This document shows, piece after piece, positions 48,501 to 62,463 of a stretch of 64,000 nucleotides of DNA. Under the pieces are notes generated by a model. It worked only from the letters and a program-made list of their open reading frames with translations. It was not told the origin of the DNA and searched no databases. The stretch comes from Camelus ferus (lineage: Eukaryota). Position numbers and translations under genes: made by a program. The stretch is from NCBI RefSeq assembly GCF_009834535.1, contig NC_045707.1, positions 63,924,001 to 63,988,000 on the forward strand. The letters run 5' to 3'. The number at the start of each line of letters is the position of its first letter. Positions within the stretch are counted from its first letter, which is position 1.

Positions 48501-49494
48501 CTGGAGAGGAAAACAGACAGCACGTGAGGGGCGACATTTGCCACCACAAGGAAACCCAGTTGTTCAGTTCACACATTTTCAAGCCATACTGACGAAAGAA
48601 CTCAGTCTTTTGTTTGACAAACACATTGCTCGTTTGCATCTTTAATATATTCCTTTCTTCCCACACCCCCGCTGCCCCCAGCATCATGGGCTCTCAATCA
48701 AATCAGAGACCCTGGGAGGAGCTTATATGGAATTCAGAATGATTTAGACCATTCCTGGGCATGGCTGTAATTCTTCATGTGTGAAATGTCCTGAGTAGGA
48801 CAGCAAAGGGAACAGACATAACTCAACCCTAGACACAGCTCAACCTCGGGTCCTGCTCTAAATATTGTGACAAAGAGAAATGTCTTCACCACGCAGCCCT
48901 GGAAGTCCTGTTTCTCTGGGACTATAAGTCCCTTGTTAAAACAAATGTTTTGATTCAAAGAAACTTAAAAAAAAAAAAAAAAAAAACAAAACCAGACAAA
49001 AAGCCTATGCCCTCCTTCGAACATGTTCCTTTTGCAGGTTCTCAGATTGCATTAAATACGTGAAATGAACCATAAAACAAGGGTGTAATGTGATCCTCTT
49101 CTGTAACACACTTCCTGCTGGGTTCGCACAGTAGTTCCTGGCACAGGAAACAACAAGCCACTTTGGGCAGAATTCAATCAATTTTTGTTTTAAGCGAAAC
49201 TCCGTGCCATTAGATTTTATTCTGTTTTTACTTTTCTATTTCTTTACTGTTTCCCACCTGATCCTACAGCATCACTATAGATGCCATCTGTATCTCGGAG
49301 GCCCAAAGACCAACTGTTAGACTCCATTCACGACCTTCCAAGACCTTTCTTAACAGTCAGCTGAAGGTTGACTTAAAAAATGACTCACTGCAAACCTGAA
49401 GATTCAGAACTCGTGCCATTATAATCTCAGACCAGGTCTATGTGCTTAAAATGCACCTTGAGACAAGACAATGAGCTTCTTTTTACGTATTATT

Positions 49495-49790
49495 TTAAAA
49501 ACTGATTTAACTGACATATAACATTGTATTAGTTTTAGACGTACAACATAATGACATAGGTAGATATTGTGAAATGATTAGCACAGTAAGTTTAGTTAAC
49601 ATATATCATGACACAGTTAACAAAAATTTTTCCTTATGATGAGAGTTTTTAAGTTTTTTCTCTCTTAGCAACTTTCAAATATGCAATGTGGTATTGTATC
49701 TATAGTCACTACGCTGTACAGTACATCCCCAGGATTTATTTTTCTTATAACTGGAAATCTGTGTCTTTTGACCACCTATGCCCATATCAC
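49495..49790 (-). mobile_element. Older L1 (L1MA-like) 3'-UTR fragment
   Basis: Motifs gacatataacattgtattag, tgtgaaatgattagcacagtaag and ctctcttagcaactttcaaatat. Confidence 0.75.
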
Positions 49791-51014
49791 CCAGGAGTTT
49801 TTTTAAAAAAAAATCTAATTTATGCCTGTTATGAAGTGGCCACACCCATTGTACCTAATCAGAACGTTTCAGTATTAATAGCTTGGTACCTGTATCAAAT
49901 ATTAACTTTTAATCAGCGATGCCAAGAATTGAGGGATCATTCACTTGGTGCCTTTAAAAGGTCCCTAGTATGTACAAGGGAGGAAAAAATGTTTTGCTGA
50001 ATGTTTTAGAGGATGGCAAAAATCCTCAGAATTATTAATTTTAATATGTTCACGAACAATGATATAGCAGAGTACAAGGCTATATTCTTAAGCTAAAACT
50101 AAATGATGCCAAAAATATAGACTGAAAAAAACATGCATTGTCCATATATTAAAAATCTGATTTTTTTTTCTGGAATTGTTTACATTAGAGAGCTCAATAA
50201 TTGATGAACAATTTCAGTTCCCCGTGTAGATGTTTATCGGAAGTAGCAAGGCTGTTTAGTTCACTGAACAGGCATGTATTAAACTAATCAATAGTTTCTG
50301 GATCCCTTACAGTGTGTATAATCTCTGCAAAGACTTGCTGTTTCTCAGGGACAGTCACTTAGTTTTAGCTGATAGCCCACTGATTGCCCACTGATTGCCT
50401 AAGAGGATTGGGTGGTTTGCTTTCGGAGCGTCTTTACTGGTAACTTAGATCAAACCCGGCTCAAGACAGCTGGTGTGGACAGCACTGACATTCCTCTCCT
50501 CCCGTATGTCCCCGAGTGATGTGCAAATCAGTTTGGGACAAATGTTGATCTTGTCCATGTGAGGAAAGCTCTAAATAGAACAAGGGAATTTACCTATTAA
50601 GGAGATTCATAAGCACTCCACGTTATTTTGATTTATAACCCTATTTCAGGCCCCTGGAAGGGAAGCATTATCTAAGCATTCACTCTCAGGGTCCCCCTGG
50701 AGCATTTTTATGGTAGAGCAGCAGAAAGCGTGCAGGCTTGTCACACAGTATGGTGTCTCGGGTTTGAATCCTGTCCTCACCGCCTCTCACTAGCTGCACA
50801 ATCTCGGGAAAATTAACCCCCCTGTGCAGACTTCCTCTGTTTCAACAAGGGTGTCTCTACCTGCCTAGTTTCATACCCCATGATTAGCTGTTTCCAATCA
50901 GGAGGGAGTGACTTACTTTCTTCTTGAAAAGGAGAGTACTTCCCTTTTCCAGCAGGAGTTAGTAACTTCTCCAGGATACCTGACATTGTGGTTTGCCTGA
51001 GAAAATAGCTCCTA

Positions 51015-51185
51015 CAGTCGACTCTATGCATTTGTGGGTTTCTGCATCCGCGGGTTCTGCACCCGCGGATTCCGAGTGCTATTTATCAAACTATGTCATT
51101 TTCCGTAAGGGACTTGAGCATCTTCAGATTTTGGTATCTGTGGAGACTCTTGGGGCCAATCCCCCATGGACACCGAGGACGATTG
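51015..51185. mobile_element. Internally deleted MER2-like Tigger element
   Basis: Flanked by TA; cagtcgac...gacgattg ends; core agggacttgagcatc..gattttggtatc. Confidence 0.8.
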
Positions 51186-53599
51186 TATTGCTAAACCAAC
51201 CCTTTACCGTTTGACTTCTAATACAGGCTGCTTTCTTTCGAAGAGCTGCTAACAATGCAGATAAACCTATAGCAGGAAACAACTTTTAACAGCAACAATC
51301 TGAAGTAAAATGAAATAGGCTTTGAAATGCAAACTCAAAGTGGGTAAGGTAGAAATTAATTTGTCTGCATTCGCTTTTTCTACGTGCACCTTTTGCATTG
51401 ATGTTCAAATGTAACAGTGGTCCTCTAGCTCAGAGCTTCCTGAACTGTCCGTGGTAAAAGACCAATCAAAGAAGATTCTAATAGATGTTTGCTTTTGACA
51501 ACCCCCCCTCCAAAAGATTCTAGTTTGCTGTGGACTTATATTTTCATAAAATATAATGAAATTAAAATACTAGAGAAGTGAAATAAAAACACAAAGATAT
51601 ACAAAATACAAACCTCAATATTTTGTCTTGTGATTCAACAGAGATTATTCAATTCCCGTGAAAGTTTCTAAACCTTTACTCTCAAACCCTTATCTGTTGT
51701 GGATTAGTTAAAAACAATCCCAGCCTGGAGCAGGTCCTCGGACTACCTTTTTTGGTTAGCAATGCTCTGCTCTCCTTCGTGTCAAGAAGGGTGAGGTTAA
51801 ATTACTTTCAGCGTGTTCAGTTTTGAGTTAAACATGATGGAATGAGAATGTTTGGCTGCTAGAAGGGGCTGGCACTCACCAGGGTGAGGAGGCTCACTTA
51901 TAAAGGAAGAAAATGAGGCTCACGGAGGTGAGTGGTCTCCACATCACAGTGCAGAATTCAGTGGGAAAATCCCCTAGGCTGAAACCTAGATATCTTCCTG
52001 CCCTAGGTTTTTTTTTTTTTTCCCTGTTTTCCTTTTTCCAACACACTTTCCACTTTGTACAAAAATATCCTCATTCTTACACTTAAATTATTTTTAAACT
52101 TTTCTTTTTTCCCCTCTATAGTATTTAGTCTTTCTGACTACGTCTGAACATGTCTAACCTCATCGAAAGGGTCTTAAAATAATTTCCAAATCTGTGCCTT
52201 CTTTACTTTTTAAACTATTTTTTTAAGTCCCTATTTTGTACTATATTTGGCCCATGGTTCAAGTTTCCTAAAATCAGTGAAGCAATGTAATGAATTTCTT
52301 TAACTTTTTTCATCTTTTGCCAAGATGTTAGAATTAATTTTGAAGAACTGGTCACTAGGTAGAAAGAGTTCATGAGAAATGGAGGATTCATTGTGACAAG
52401 ATGGTCAAATACGTTAAACCATTCTGCCCTGTCTCCGACCCAGCTCTTGTCTATGCTGTGTTAATGACCACATCTAGGAATCTGGAATAGAATTTGCAAA
52501 GTTCCATGGGAGCAATTGACTATATATTGGAATTACCTCAGTGGCTTTAAAAAATATTGATGGCTGGGTCCCATCCCCAGAGTTTCTGAGTCAACTGGTT
52601 CAGTGTGGGCATTGGGATTTTTAAAAAATATTTTTTTATCGGGCACTGGGATTTTAAAAAGCTTCTCAGATTATTTGAATGTTCAACTAAGGCTGAGAAC
52701 CACTGCATAGGAGTGACTCGTTTTAAGTTTCTAGACGGGTGCTCAGAGCTCTACAACTCACGCAATACGTAGGAGGCTTAACATCATTGAAGCTACTCTT
52801 TCCTCTGGGTAGAGAGTTTCATCCAAGCAGACAATATCTTTCCCTTGAAAGTGTTTTTGTTGCTTGCAACTCTATTATTTTTTCTTCAGTTGACAAATAT
52901 TAACTGAGCATTAATTGTGGTCAGGTCTAGGAACACAGTGGAGAATGAATCCAAGACATCTTCAACTTTTCCCTTTCCTGCTGTCCCTACGCCCCTAAGG
53001 TGCCCAGTGTTAATTCTGCCACAAGCTTTTTTCTGGAACTGGCTCCTCTTCTTTCTTCTCGGCTGCTACCTTTGGTTGGGTCCTTGCTGTGCTGATAGTT
53101 CTGTTGTCCTGCTGACTGTGCCTCCTCGTTCTAGGTCATCTGCGATCAGGGAGGTCACCTTGAAAAGTCCATCCGATCCTGTCACGCCACTCAGAGCCAC
53201 TGCTAGCCAATAAGAAAGGCATCCCCTCAGATGGCTGATTTGGAGAAGCGCTTCCATTCTGGGAGGGGAGGGTGGTAAAGTAAAGATTATCTTCCTCCTG
53301 CTGAAGCAGCTGCAGAGCAAGGTGAGTGGCTTGGCAAAGAGAGCTTGGCTTGGAGTTCAGCCCTGGTGGAGGAGGAGCCCTTGCACCGCCGGGCATGACC
53401 CGCACACTCACAGCCATCTTGGACCTCCCCATCTGGGAACTCCTCTGGTTTCTCATTGGAGAGGAACCAATGTCCACACCTGCTCAAGCTCTTCCCAATC
53501 TGGCCTAGAGCACGTTCCCACCTTGATCTTATGCCTCCTTCCTCTATGCAACGTGTGTTCCCGTTACACCAAAATTCCTTCTGTTCCTCTTTGCATCTG

Positions 53600-55620
53600 T
53601 CTTTACACATGTGATTCTCTTTCCCTGGCATCCATTATCCTCTTTATTTCCAGATTACTACTCCTGTGCTTAACAGACAGACCCCTGTGTTTCAGACACA
53701 ACCTCTTATCTCTCCCGCTTAGTTGTTCTCTATTTCAGTCTCTAGTTCTTTGATGCTTCCAGCATCAGAGCCTTGCCTTAGCCCAAGATCACATAGTGAT
53801 CTCCCAGATCGCCTTCTCCCCACCACCCTCAACTGCCCTTTGCTTTACTCTGCTGGCCAAACCCCAGGCCTGGGAGAACACCATAATTCCTCTCCTCCAT
53901 TATGATCTCAGTGTACTGAGTGCTACTAGGAAAGAAAAACTCACAAATGTGCAGATTAGTTCCTATAAATTCATGGTCTCTTTGTGGGTTCTCAACGCTG
54001 CTGCACAATCCTGTTATTTGTTATGGTTGAATTTACTCCCACAGGGACCGTTGCCAACCTTTAACCGCCTGCCTCAAAACTCCTAATCAGCAACTATTCC
54101 CATCATGGACACCTTCCCTCTCACTTTGTGGAAATAACGAGATTCTTTAGACCAAACATGAAATTAGCCAAGCTCTTGTTCTCTTTTATCTCTGGCTTAT
54201 GATTCCCGTACTTTGTTCTTCTTGTGGGTTCCATCCCTTGCGCAGGATGCTACAACACATTATTTCATGAACAATTCCTTCTATTTCCTGTATCTTCAAC
54301 CTCTTTCTCTTCCCTTTCAATGTATAAATATAGTCTTTTCCACAACTAGAACAAAAAATCAGATCTTTCCATCTCATGTCTTCCTTCACCTGCTGTCCTC
54401 TCTTTCTCATTCCCTTTGGGGTTGTTTGTAGTCTCCACTTCCTGTTCCCTTTGCAACCCACGACAGGCTTCCATCCCTGCAGCCAGTGGAACTGCTCTTG
54501 CTATAAAAACAATGACCTCCATGTAGTCAAATCTAATGAACAAATGATTCACTGGACCTCTCTCCTGCACTGGACTTTTTCTTGCTGGAAATTCTATACT
54601 CTATAGTTTCCAAGTCATCATTCTCTCAAGATTCTTTCCATACTTCCCAGCTTTCTACTTTATAGACTCTTTGTGGGATTTTCTTCTGTCTCCCTCTTAA
54701 ATGGCAGTGTTCTCTGGAGCCCAACCCTTGGTCTAGTGTTCTGCAATCTCTAGCCTCGCTTCTTAGAGATTATAACTTACTCCCATGGGTTAAGTATCAC
54801 TTAGATGCCCATAACCCTCCAAAGCCATATTCCTAAATCTTAATCTGTCTCCTTCAGAATCATATGTCTAATTTCCTTCTGGATATGTCCACTGAGCATT
54901 TTTGCAGGAATGCACCATGTCCAAAATGGAAATAATTATTTTCTACGCCAAACTTATTTCTTTTTCTGTAGGGCCAGTTTCTACTTAATGTCACCACCAC
55001 CATCTTCCTGTCAAAAAGGCCCAAATCTTGGATACTACTCAAGTTTTCTTTTCTTCTTCTTTTTTTTTAATCCTCTCTACCTATCCCTTTTCTCTCTCCT
55101 AACTCTGTCCTCACTATCTCTGACCCAGTCCCCTTTGAAAGTGCCTCTCAATTCCGTGGCTGCCTGCTTCCAGTCTTATCCTTTGAGGTCCACCCTCCAA
55201 ATGGCAACTAGGGTGAACCACCCCAAAATGCAGAATTAGCCACCCTACTTAAAACTTTCCAGTTACTCTCCATCACCTTCCAAATGAAATCCACATTTGT
55301 TAGTGCTGCATACAAGCACATCAACCCTTTGTTGCTCTGGCACATTGGTTCCATTCCTCCTTCAAGACTCAGGTTGGGGAGGGGGTGTCATCTCCTCCAG
55401 GAAGCCTTCTCTCAACTCTAAGGTCAGTGTAAGTGATTTTCTCTCTGTCCTCCTGTATTACCCTGCACATTTAATGACATCATATTGAAATGAAAAATTT
55501 GTGCGTCTGTCTCCTGCAGTAGGCTGCATTCCTCATGATCAGTGGCCGTTTTTTAACCATAGGACTTCTAGTGTCTAGGAGAGTCTTCCCATTTAGAAGA
55601 TACTCAGCGAATGCTGAATT
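53600..55620 (+). mobile_element. Long degraded L2 region
   Basis: Pyrimidine-rich; caatgacctccatgtagtcaaatctaatg, tggatatgtcc and catctcctccaggaagccttct motifs. Confidence 0.65.
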
Positions 55621-56604
55621 GAACCCTCCTCTACTGCCTCCATCCTATAAGCAGTTGATCTTACCCAATCCATTAAAAAAAACAGTGTTTCTCATCAGAT
55701 GGCCACATAACTCTTAAGTGGGAGATATGTAGTCCTTCTGGTATAAAACACTTTTGGGAACAAAACCCATTTTGTGTTGTGCCCACTTTCCACAGTGGTA
55801 TTGTTGCTCACAGTTAGGGTTGTGATTTCTCTTTTCAGTCGACCCTATTTGTTTTCTGCCCCAGGGATTCCTCAAAGATTCTCAGCCACTGAAAGTCCCC
55901 TTCCACCTGCAGCTCAGGTACCTTTATGCTGATGCTTCTGCTCCCCTCCCCCTCCTTTCTTTCTACCCTTCTGCTCCTCTCCATCTTCCCTCCTGTTCTT
56001 CCTCCTTCTTCTTTTTCTTCCTCTTCTTTTTTCCTTCCCTTTTCTACTTCTCATGCAAAAAAAAAAAAAAATCTTTTGTATCATTTCTATGAATTTGCTA
56101 TGGGAGGGATGACGGCAGTAGGTACCTAGTCCAGCATCTTAACATCCAGCCTTACTGTCTGTGTTTGGGATGTGACACATGAACCCGTGGAAAAAAAGAG
56201 GCCATTCCTTACAGTGTGACTAGTAAACAAATAAAACAACAAGTGGTTCTTTAATCCCTGCCACAGCTGAAGACAAGTATTTTCTTCTCGAGCAGCACCA
56301 TGCAGTTCCTGTTTCTTCTGAGTACAATCAGGTTAAATTTGTCTTGGGAGTTCCAGTAGAATTTAGCTTTTTTTTTTTTTTTTTTGCCAGAAACCTTTGT
56401 TAACAGTGGGTCCAGGTTGGAGCCATTCCAGTACTTTTTAATTGATCACTTTTAAAATATGTTTTTAGAATAAGCCCTCCTGTGAACTTCAAAAGGCAAG
56501 GTGCAGGCTTGGGTAGCATTTTATGATTGTATGAATGATGTTACGTCCAGATACTTTTCTCATGTTATTGTTTTTAACTCCAAAACAATGTTTCTTTGAA
56601 AAAT

Positions 56605-58030
56605 ACTTTTTACTGAAGTATAATTTATGTGGGAAAGGAATAAATCCTAACTGTCCAGCCCACTGAGTTTTCACAATGTGAACACACCCCTGTAAACCAG
56701 CACAAATCAAGTTTCCTTCCACCCACTACTCCCCCAAAAGGAACCAGTCTGCTGACTTCTAACACTTATATTAATTTTGCTTGATTTTGATCTTTTTATA
56801 AATGGAATCATACAGTGTATTTTTTTTAAAAAAGATTATATATTTTTAGAGCATTTTTAGGTTCATAGCAAAATTGAGAGGAAGATGCAGAGATATACCC
56901 CCTTCCCCCAAAACACATGTACAGCTTACCCCCATTATCAATATCCCCCACCAGAGGGGTACATTTGTCACAGCTGATGAATCTGTTGACACATATCATC
57001 ACCCAAAGTCTGTAGTTTACGTTAGGGTTCACTCTCAGTGTTGTACATTCTATGGGTTTGGACAATTGTATAGCGACAGGTATCCACCACTTCAGTATCA
57101 TACAGAGTATTTCCCCTGCCCTAAAAATCTTCTGTGCTTCCTCTATTCTTCCCTCCACCCCCTGCTCCCACGATCACTGATCTTTTTACTGTCTCCATAG
57201 TTTTGCACTTTCCAGAATGTCATAGTTAGAAGCATACAATACGCAGCCTTTTCAGATTGGCTTCTTTCACTTAGAAGTACAGAACGTAGCTTCTCATGTT
57301 TTTTCGTTCACTCATTTATGAGATTTAATCATGTGTCGCCTGTAGCAATAGTTAATTCCTTCTCAGTGCAATAGTGTCTCATTTTATTGTTATCCTACAA
57401 TTTATTTATCCACTGAACTACTGATGAACATTTGGGTTCTTTTCAGTTTGTGGCTGTTATGAGTGTGACGGTGCTATGAACATTCTTAAATATGCCTTTT
57501 GTTGGACATGTATGAGTGCCTGTCTGTTGGGTATATATCTAGCAGTGAAATGGCTGGGTCTTGGTGTGTGTGCACATTCAGCTTTAACAGATCCTGCCAG
57601 ATAATTTCCTGAAGTGGTCACATTGATTCATACTCCTACCAATAGTGTACAAGAATTCCAGTTGTTTCTTTCATATACAATTGTTTCCATTTGTTATCAC
57701 CAAACTTGGTATTATTTTGTTTTAAATCTGAGTCACTTTGGCTAAATGTATGTACAATGGTATCTCACTGTGGTTTTAATTTGCTTTTCCCTCGTGTGTA
57801 AGAGGGTTGAATATCTTTTCATATGACTTTTAAAGTGAAAAAAAATTTAATTTAAAAAAATTTTTTGGGGGGAGGTAACTAAGTTTATTTATTTATTTTT
57901 AGAGGAGGTACTGGGGATTGAGCCCAGGACCTCGTGCATGCTAAGCATGCACTCTACCACTTGAGCTATACCATCTCCCCTTCATATGACTTTTGACCAT
58001 CAGGATACCCTTTTTTTGTGAACTGCCAGA
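56605..58030 (-). mobile_element. Nested old L1M 3' fragments (an L1MB/MC-like piece at about 56825-57280 inside an older L1M)
   Basis: Two L1 3' termini; motifs ttaggttcatagcaaaattgag and ggtatctcactgtggttttaatttgc. Confidence 0.75.
57832..57980 (-). mobile_element. Vic-1-like SINE, copy 6, nested in an old L1
   Basis: Perfect 14-bp TSD ttcatatgactttt at 57818-57831 and 57981-57994. Confidence 0.92.
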
Positions 58031-58189
58031 AGAATATTTTATTTGATGACCTTCAAATTAAAAGTAAAACTCACTAGTTGTAACAAGTGAACCTATACAT
58101 TGATATGTAAAGAAAAAGCTAATAATCTCCTTACTTCTCTTTGAATAGTATTGTTCTTTCTGAGGTTTCAAAGTTGTTCTTTGAGGTAG

Positions 58190-58450
58190 TTGACAGTGTA
58201 ATAGTTAAGAACATGTATTCTGGAGCTCTTCTGCCTTAGCTCATGTCCTGGCTTTGCTGTATTGGAGCTGAGTCGCCTTGAGCAAGTTATTTAACTGCCT
58301 CTGCGCCTCAGTTACCTAATCTGTGAAATGGACACAGTAACAGTATCTGCTTTACAGAATTTTTGTGAGAAATAATTGAGCTAATAGATGTAAAACGCTC
58401 AAGGCAGTACCTGGCACTTTATAAGCACTACATATTTGCTGTCATTATTA
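58190..58450 (+). mobile_element. MIR (others at about 13590-13800, 20180-20410, 32545-32740, 33080-33230, 45950-46140, 50710-50870, 61940-62040)
   Basis: ccttgagcaagttatttaac..ctctgcgcctcagtt..atctgtgaaatgg core. Confidence 0.8.
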
Positions 58451-60540
58451 TAATAACATAGAATCTCTTTTATGTTTCTACAAATTAAAACCCTTACCTG
58501 TACAGATGTAACGAAGAGTAGAGGAATGTTAGCTTATTGATGTTTATGGTTATTTTGAAAAAAACTTGGCTAAAGTTACAGGAAAACTAAAAAGATGTTT
58601 AGAGACAGTAGGCTTATGTTCTACTGGTCCCTTTGCTTTGTTAATAATAATTTTTAAATGGAAGCTTTGAAAAGACAGAGCCTCAAAGCTCTGTCAATAA
58701 CAAGAGAAGAGACAGATACCATTGTTGTGGGGAGATCTCTTACCTAAAAACCTCATTGACTCTCAACACACCCCAAACAGAGAAATAAGCAAGCAGACAA
58801 CAAAGCAGAACAAAAACAACTGTACAAAGAAAAAAATCTGCAATGACAAATCAAACCGTTTTTGGATAGTCAGAATCAGGAGCCCACAAAGCCAGTCACG
58901 AGTGTTTATGTATACTTTCTCAGAGGAAAAGGTCCCAATCAGAAGGGAAGTGTTATTTATTTGGGCAATCTTGTTGGGTTTTTTGTCTGTCTGTTTGTTT
59001 GGTTTGGTTTGGAAATCCGAAGTAGCCAATTACCCGTGGGAGGCAGACTGAACAAGGTCAGCAATGATGCGGGAAAGCAGATTTAAGAACCAAAATCATC
59101 ATCATTATCATCAAACACATAGGTCTTTGTCCCTTCAGTGTAATGGTTCTAGATATTCCAAAAGGTTTCAATCAATTTGAAACCAATTCCCACCCCTCAA
59201 CCCCGCCAACATAGTATAGAGTTTTATAAGTTCTAAAGGACGGCACAATTGTCAAAAATCATCAGAAAAGCTTAAGACTCTAGGAACACACTCAGGTTCT
59301 GTCTCTTCTGCTCCTCTCTGCTCTGTGAACCACCTCTACACCTGTGCTACAGACCTTTATTTCTAACAGCTCTATTTTTGAACTTCTCCATGTGGTTAAT
59401 CGACCAGTCTCCTAAAACCCAACATATTCAAATTGGACTCATTGTTTTCTCTCTTTTCCCCAAACCAGGTTTTCCTCTTGTGTTTCCTCACCTTGACGTA
59501 ATAATGCATCACTGTTCTCTCAAGCAACCCAGCTGGAAACCTCAGATTTATGTATTTTTTACATCATCTTAATCATTCATCCCCACCCGCTTCTAAATGG
59601 GCAACAGCCCTACTGATGGTAATCTCTGAAATGTTTCTGGAATAACAGTAACATTTCTCTGTCCCAAATAACCAAGATTTATCTCTCTCTCTAGCAACTC
59701 ATTTTATAGATGAAGAAACAGAGGCACACAGAACTCTAGCTTTGCCAAAATGACCCCAGCAGTAAGTGGCACAGCAGTGTCTAAACCTGGTCCATCCGAC
59801 CCCAGAGCCTGTGCAATCAGCTCTCTGCAGCCACACTGTCTCCTAGAATCCAAGTTCTAATGTCCATTTTTGGCCGACATATTTGCTGGACCTTTTTCAC
59901 TCTTACGAAGTCCCACGCGCGTAAGGAGGTAGCTCAGGGAAAGCCTGCTGTTGGCTCTTCTGAACCTGCTCATGCATTGGTGGCATCTCTGGCCACTTCT
60001 ACCTCTTGGCCAGCACCTCTCAGACCTCTCTGCTCCACCTACTCTGCTTGCACTTCCCCTGTGGACACCATCTTTGGGTCCTTCTTAGGTCCATCATCTA
60101 CAGCCCCTACCCCAATCTCTTTTCTGTCCTCAGATTCCAGAATTCCAGTCAGAACCCTGGGCTTCCCACTTACCTGGGAGGGGAGGTCAAGAAATGGCAA
60201 TGGGGTCCTCTTAATGCTAGTGACCTCTCTGCCTTCATTCCTGCTCCCTTCCCAGTCCCTCTGGAATTAGCTTCAATATTTCCCTGGAGAATAAAGGGGC
60301 TAATATTTTATATTGTGCTTCCTTTTTTTCTTTAACAATAACTCCATTTGTTTGTCTAAGACTTTACAGGTTACCAAGCTCTTTCATGCCCCACAAATCT
60401 GTCCCCGTATGAGACATTTGAACATGGATACCTGCAGAGTCCTAAGACTGTACTTAACTCACTATACTAATGTTCACTTGAGGAATATGTTGTTTTTCTT
60501 TATGCTTAAAAAAATCAAGCAACTGGCTTTGGAACTAGAA

Positions 60541-61128
60541 CAGGGTGTCTCAACCCTAACACTTCTGATGTTTGGGGCTTGATGGTTCTTTGCAATGGAG
60601 GGCTGTCCTGTGCACTGTAGGATTCTCAGTAGCACCCCTGGCTCTGCTCACCAGATGCCAGGAGCCTCCTTCCCCTACTCATGACAACCTAGAGCTAGAC
60701 TGCCGTGGGCTAAATTATATTCTCCCCACCCCCGCTAAATTCTTACGCTGGAGTCCTATGCGATTGTGTTTGGAGAGAGGGTCTTTAAAGAAGTAATTGA
60801 GTAAAAATGAGGTCATTAGGGTGGGGCCTATTTATGATTACTGGTGTGATTATAAAAGAGGAAATTCGGAGGAGAAAGGTGCAGAGGGAGGACCACGTGA
60901 AGACATGGCGAGAGGCTGGCCATCAACAAGCCAAGGGGGGAGACCTAGAAGAAACCAACCTGCTGAGACCTTGGTCTTGGGCTGCTAGCCTCCAGAAACA
61001 TGAGAAAATCAATTATTTAAACCACCCAGTCTCTGGTGCTTTGCTATGGCAGCCCTAGACAACGAATGCACAGACATTGCCAAATAAACATCCCCTGGCG
61101 TCAGACTGCCCCTGGTTGAGAATCACTG
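60541..61128. mobile_element. MER20-like hAT element split by the MLT1 LTR
   Basis: Terminal inverted repeats cagggtgtctcaacc / ggttgagaatcactg; the two halves join across the LTR. Confidence 0.8.
60701..61070 (+). mobile_element. MLT1 solo LTR nested in MER20
   Basis: TG...CA ends; 5-bp TSD tagac/cagac; motifs atgaggtcattagggtgggg and gctatggcagccctag. Confidence 0.87.
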
Positions 61129-62463
61129 AACTAGTACACGTGAATTTCACACAGGATTAAAATGCATAATTTTGCCTTTTGTGATGACAGAAAAATTAAA
61201 TTTTCAAGGACTTGTTTTCTTTGAAAGAGGGAATTTAGAAAACCCTTCCTTCCCTACTCCTCTTTCACATCATAAATCCCTTTTAGCAGATAATTTCGTT
61301 ACTTTCTTATCAAACAATGAAAATATAACACAAAGAGCACAGTCTTTAAGGTGTAGTGCATTGATAACCCAAGGAGTGACTCTGAGGCTGTGGCACTGAG
61401 TCTTTTAAACAATTCTGGGACTGCGGCTGCACTGAATGTTTCCATGATAATTACACAGAAAAGGCCCCCAAGGCAATATTTCAAAGAAAACCTTCCAAAA
61501 GCTTTCACTAAAGGAACTAGCTCTATATTCTTTCACCCAGGCAGAAATTCGCATTGTTTTTCCTGACCTGTGCAATAAGGAAGACACAGTTAACATGGTG
61601 TGACCATGCGATCCTTCCACGCCAATAGGACGAAATCCTTCTCTCCCATCCACATTCCATCTAATGTCTTGAAGCCCACGCAAAGGCTCTGAGTTATTAT
61701 TTAAAAAGACAGATCTGCTCCAGCCTCCTACCTCATCCCATGGGTTCAAAGGTCCTTAATGGTTGCTCACAATCTACAAAATGGAGCCTAAATGCTGTTC
61801 TTTTGCTGGGGCATAAGGATAGAAAAATGGGTTGCGGATTTGGGAAAAGAGGTCGAGGTCTCAAAAGATGGTGCTGCCACCACTTTGCTGGTTGTCACTT
61901 TTTTGTTTTTGTGGCCTTAACCTCCTAAGAGATATTGTTAACACCTATTTCACGTTGCCACGGTGAGGGTTAAATGAGATAATGTGGGTGCATGCCCTCA
62001 GCTCAGCATCCGGCACTCGAAAGCATTTTAGCACTTTACCAGTCGTTGGTCGAAGTCTCCATGGTCCAGCCCTAAACTGCTGGATTAGGTTCCCCTCTCT
62101 CCAGACCCTTCCAGACAGTCTATATTCCAGCCACACCCACGTGTCCTAAGATTTTGCCCTTTAGATTGACACAGGAAGTATATTTCCAGTGAAATACTAT
62201 AGTTCAAGGGAGGGGATGTGGAGGAAACTTGTCCTGTGGTTTCCCGCACCCAGGCTTTGCTGGAGTCATGTAGACCAGAGAAACCACATGTCAAGTACAG
62301 GCACAAGGAAGTGTTGTCCAGAGGAAGTGGCCATTGTCTCCTCCTGGTCAACGCTGCCTGCCTGTATCCCACTCGTCCTCCAATCTGAAATGCTCTTCCT
62401 CTTCCTGCTTCTACTCCTGGCCCCTCTGTAGATGCTCTGCATGGTGGCCAAATATAGCTTTTC

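Noticed and set aside
52607..52660. Direct repeat gggcaYtgggatttt..aaaaa; also short duplications near 9362, 11162, 33862 and 50386
   Set aside because: Ordinary two-copy micro-duplications with no sign of function.
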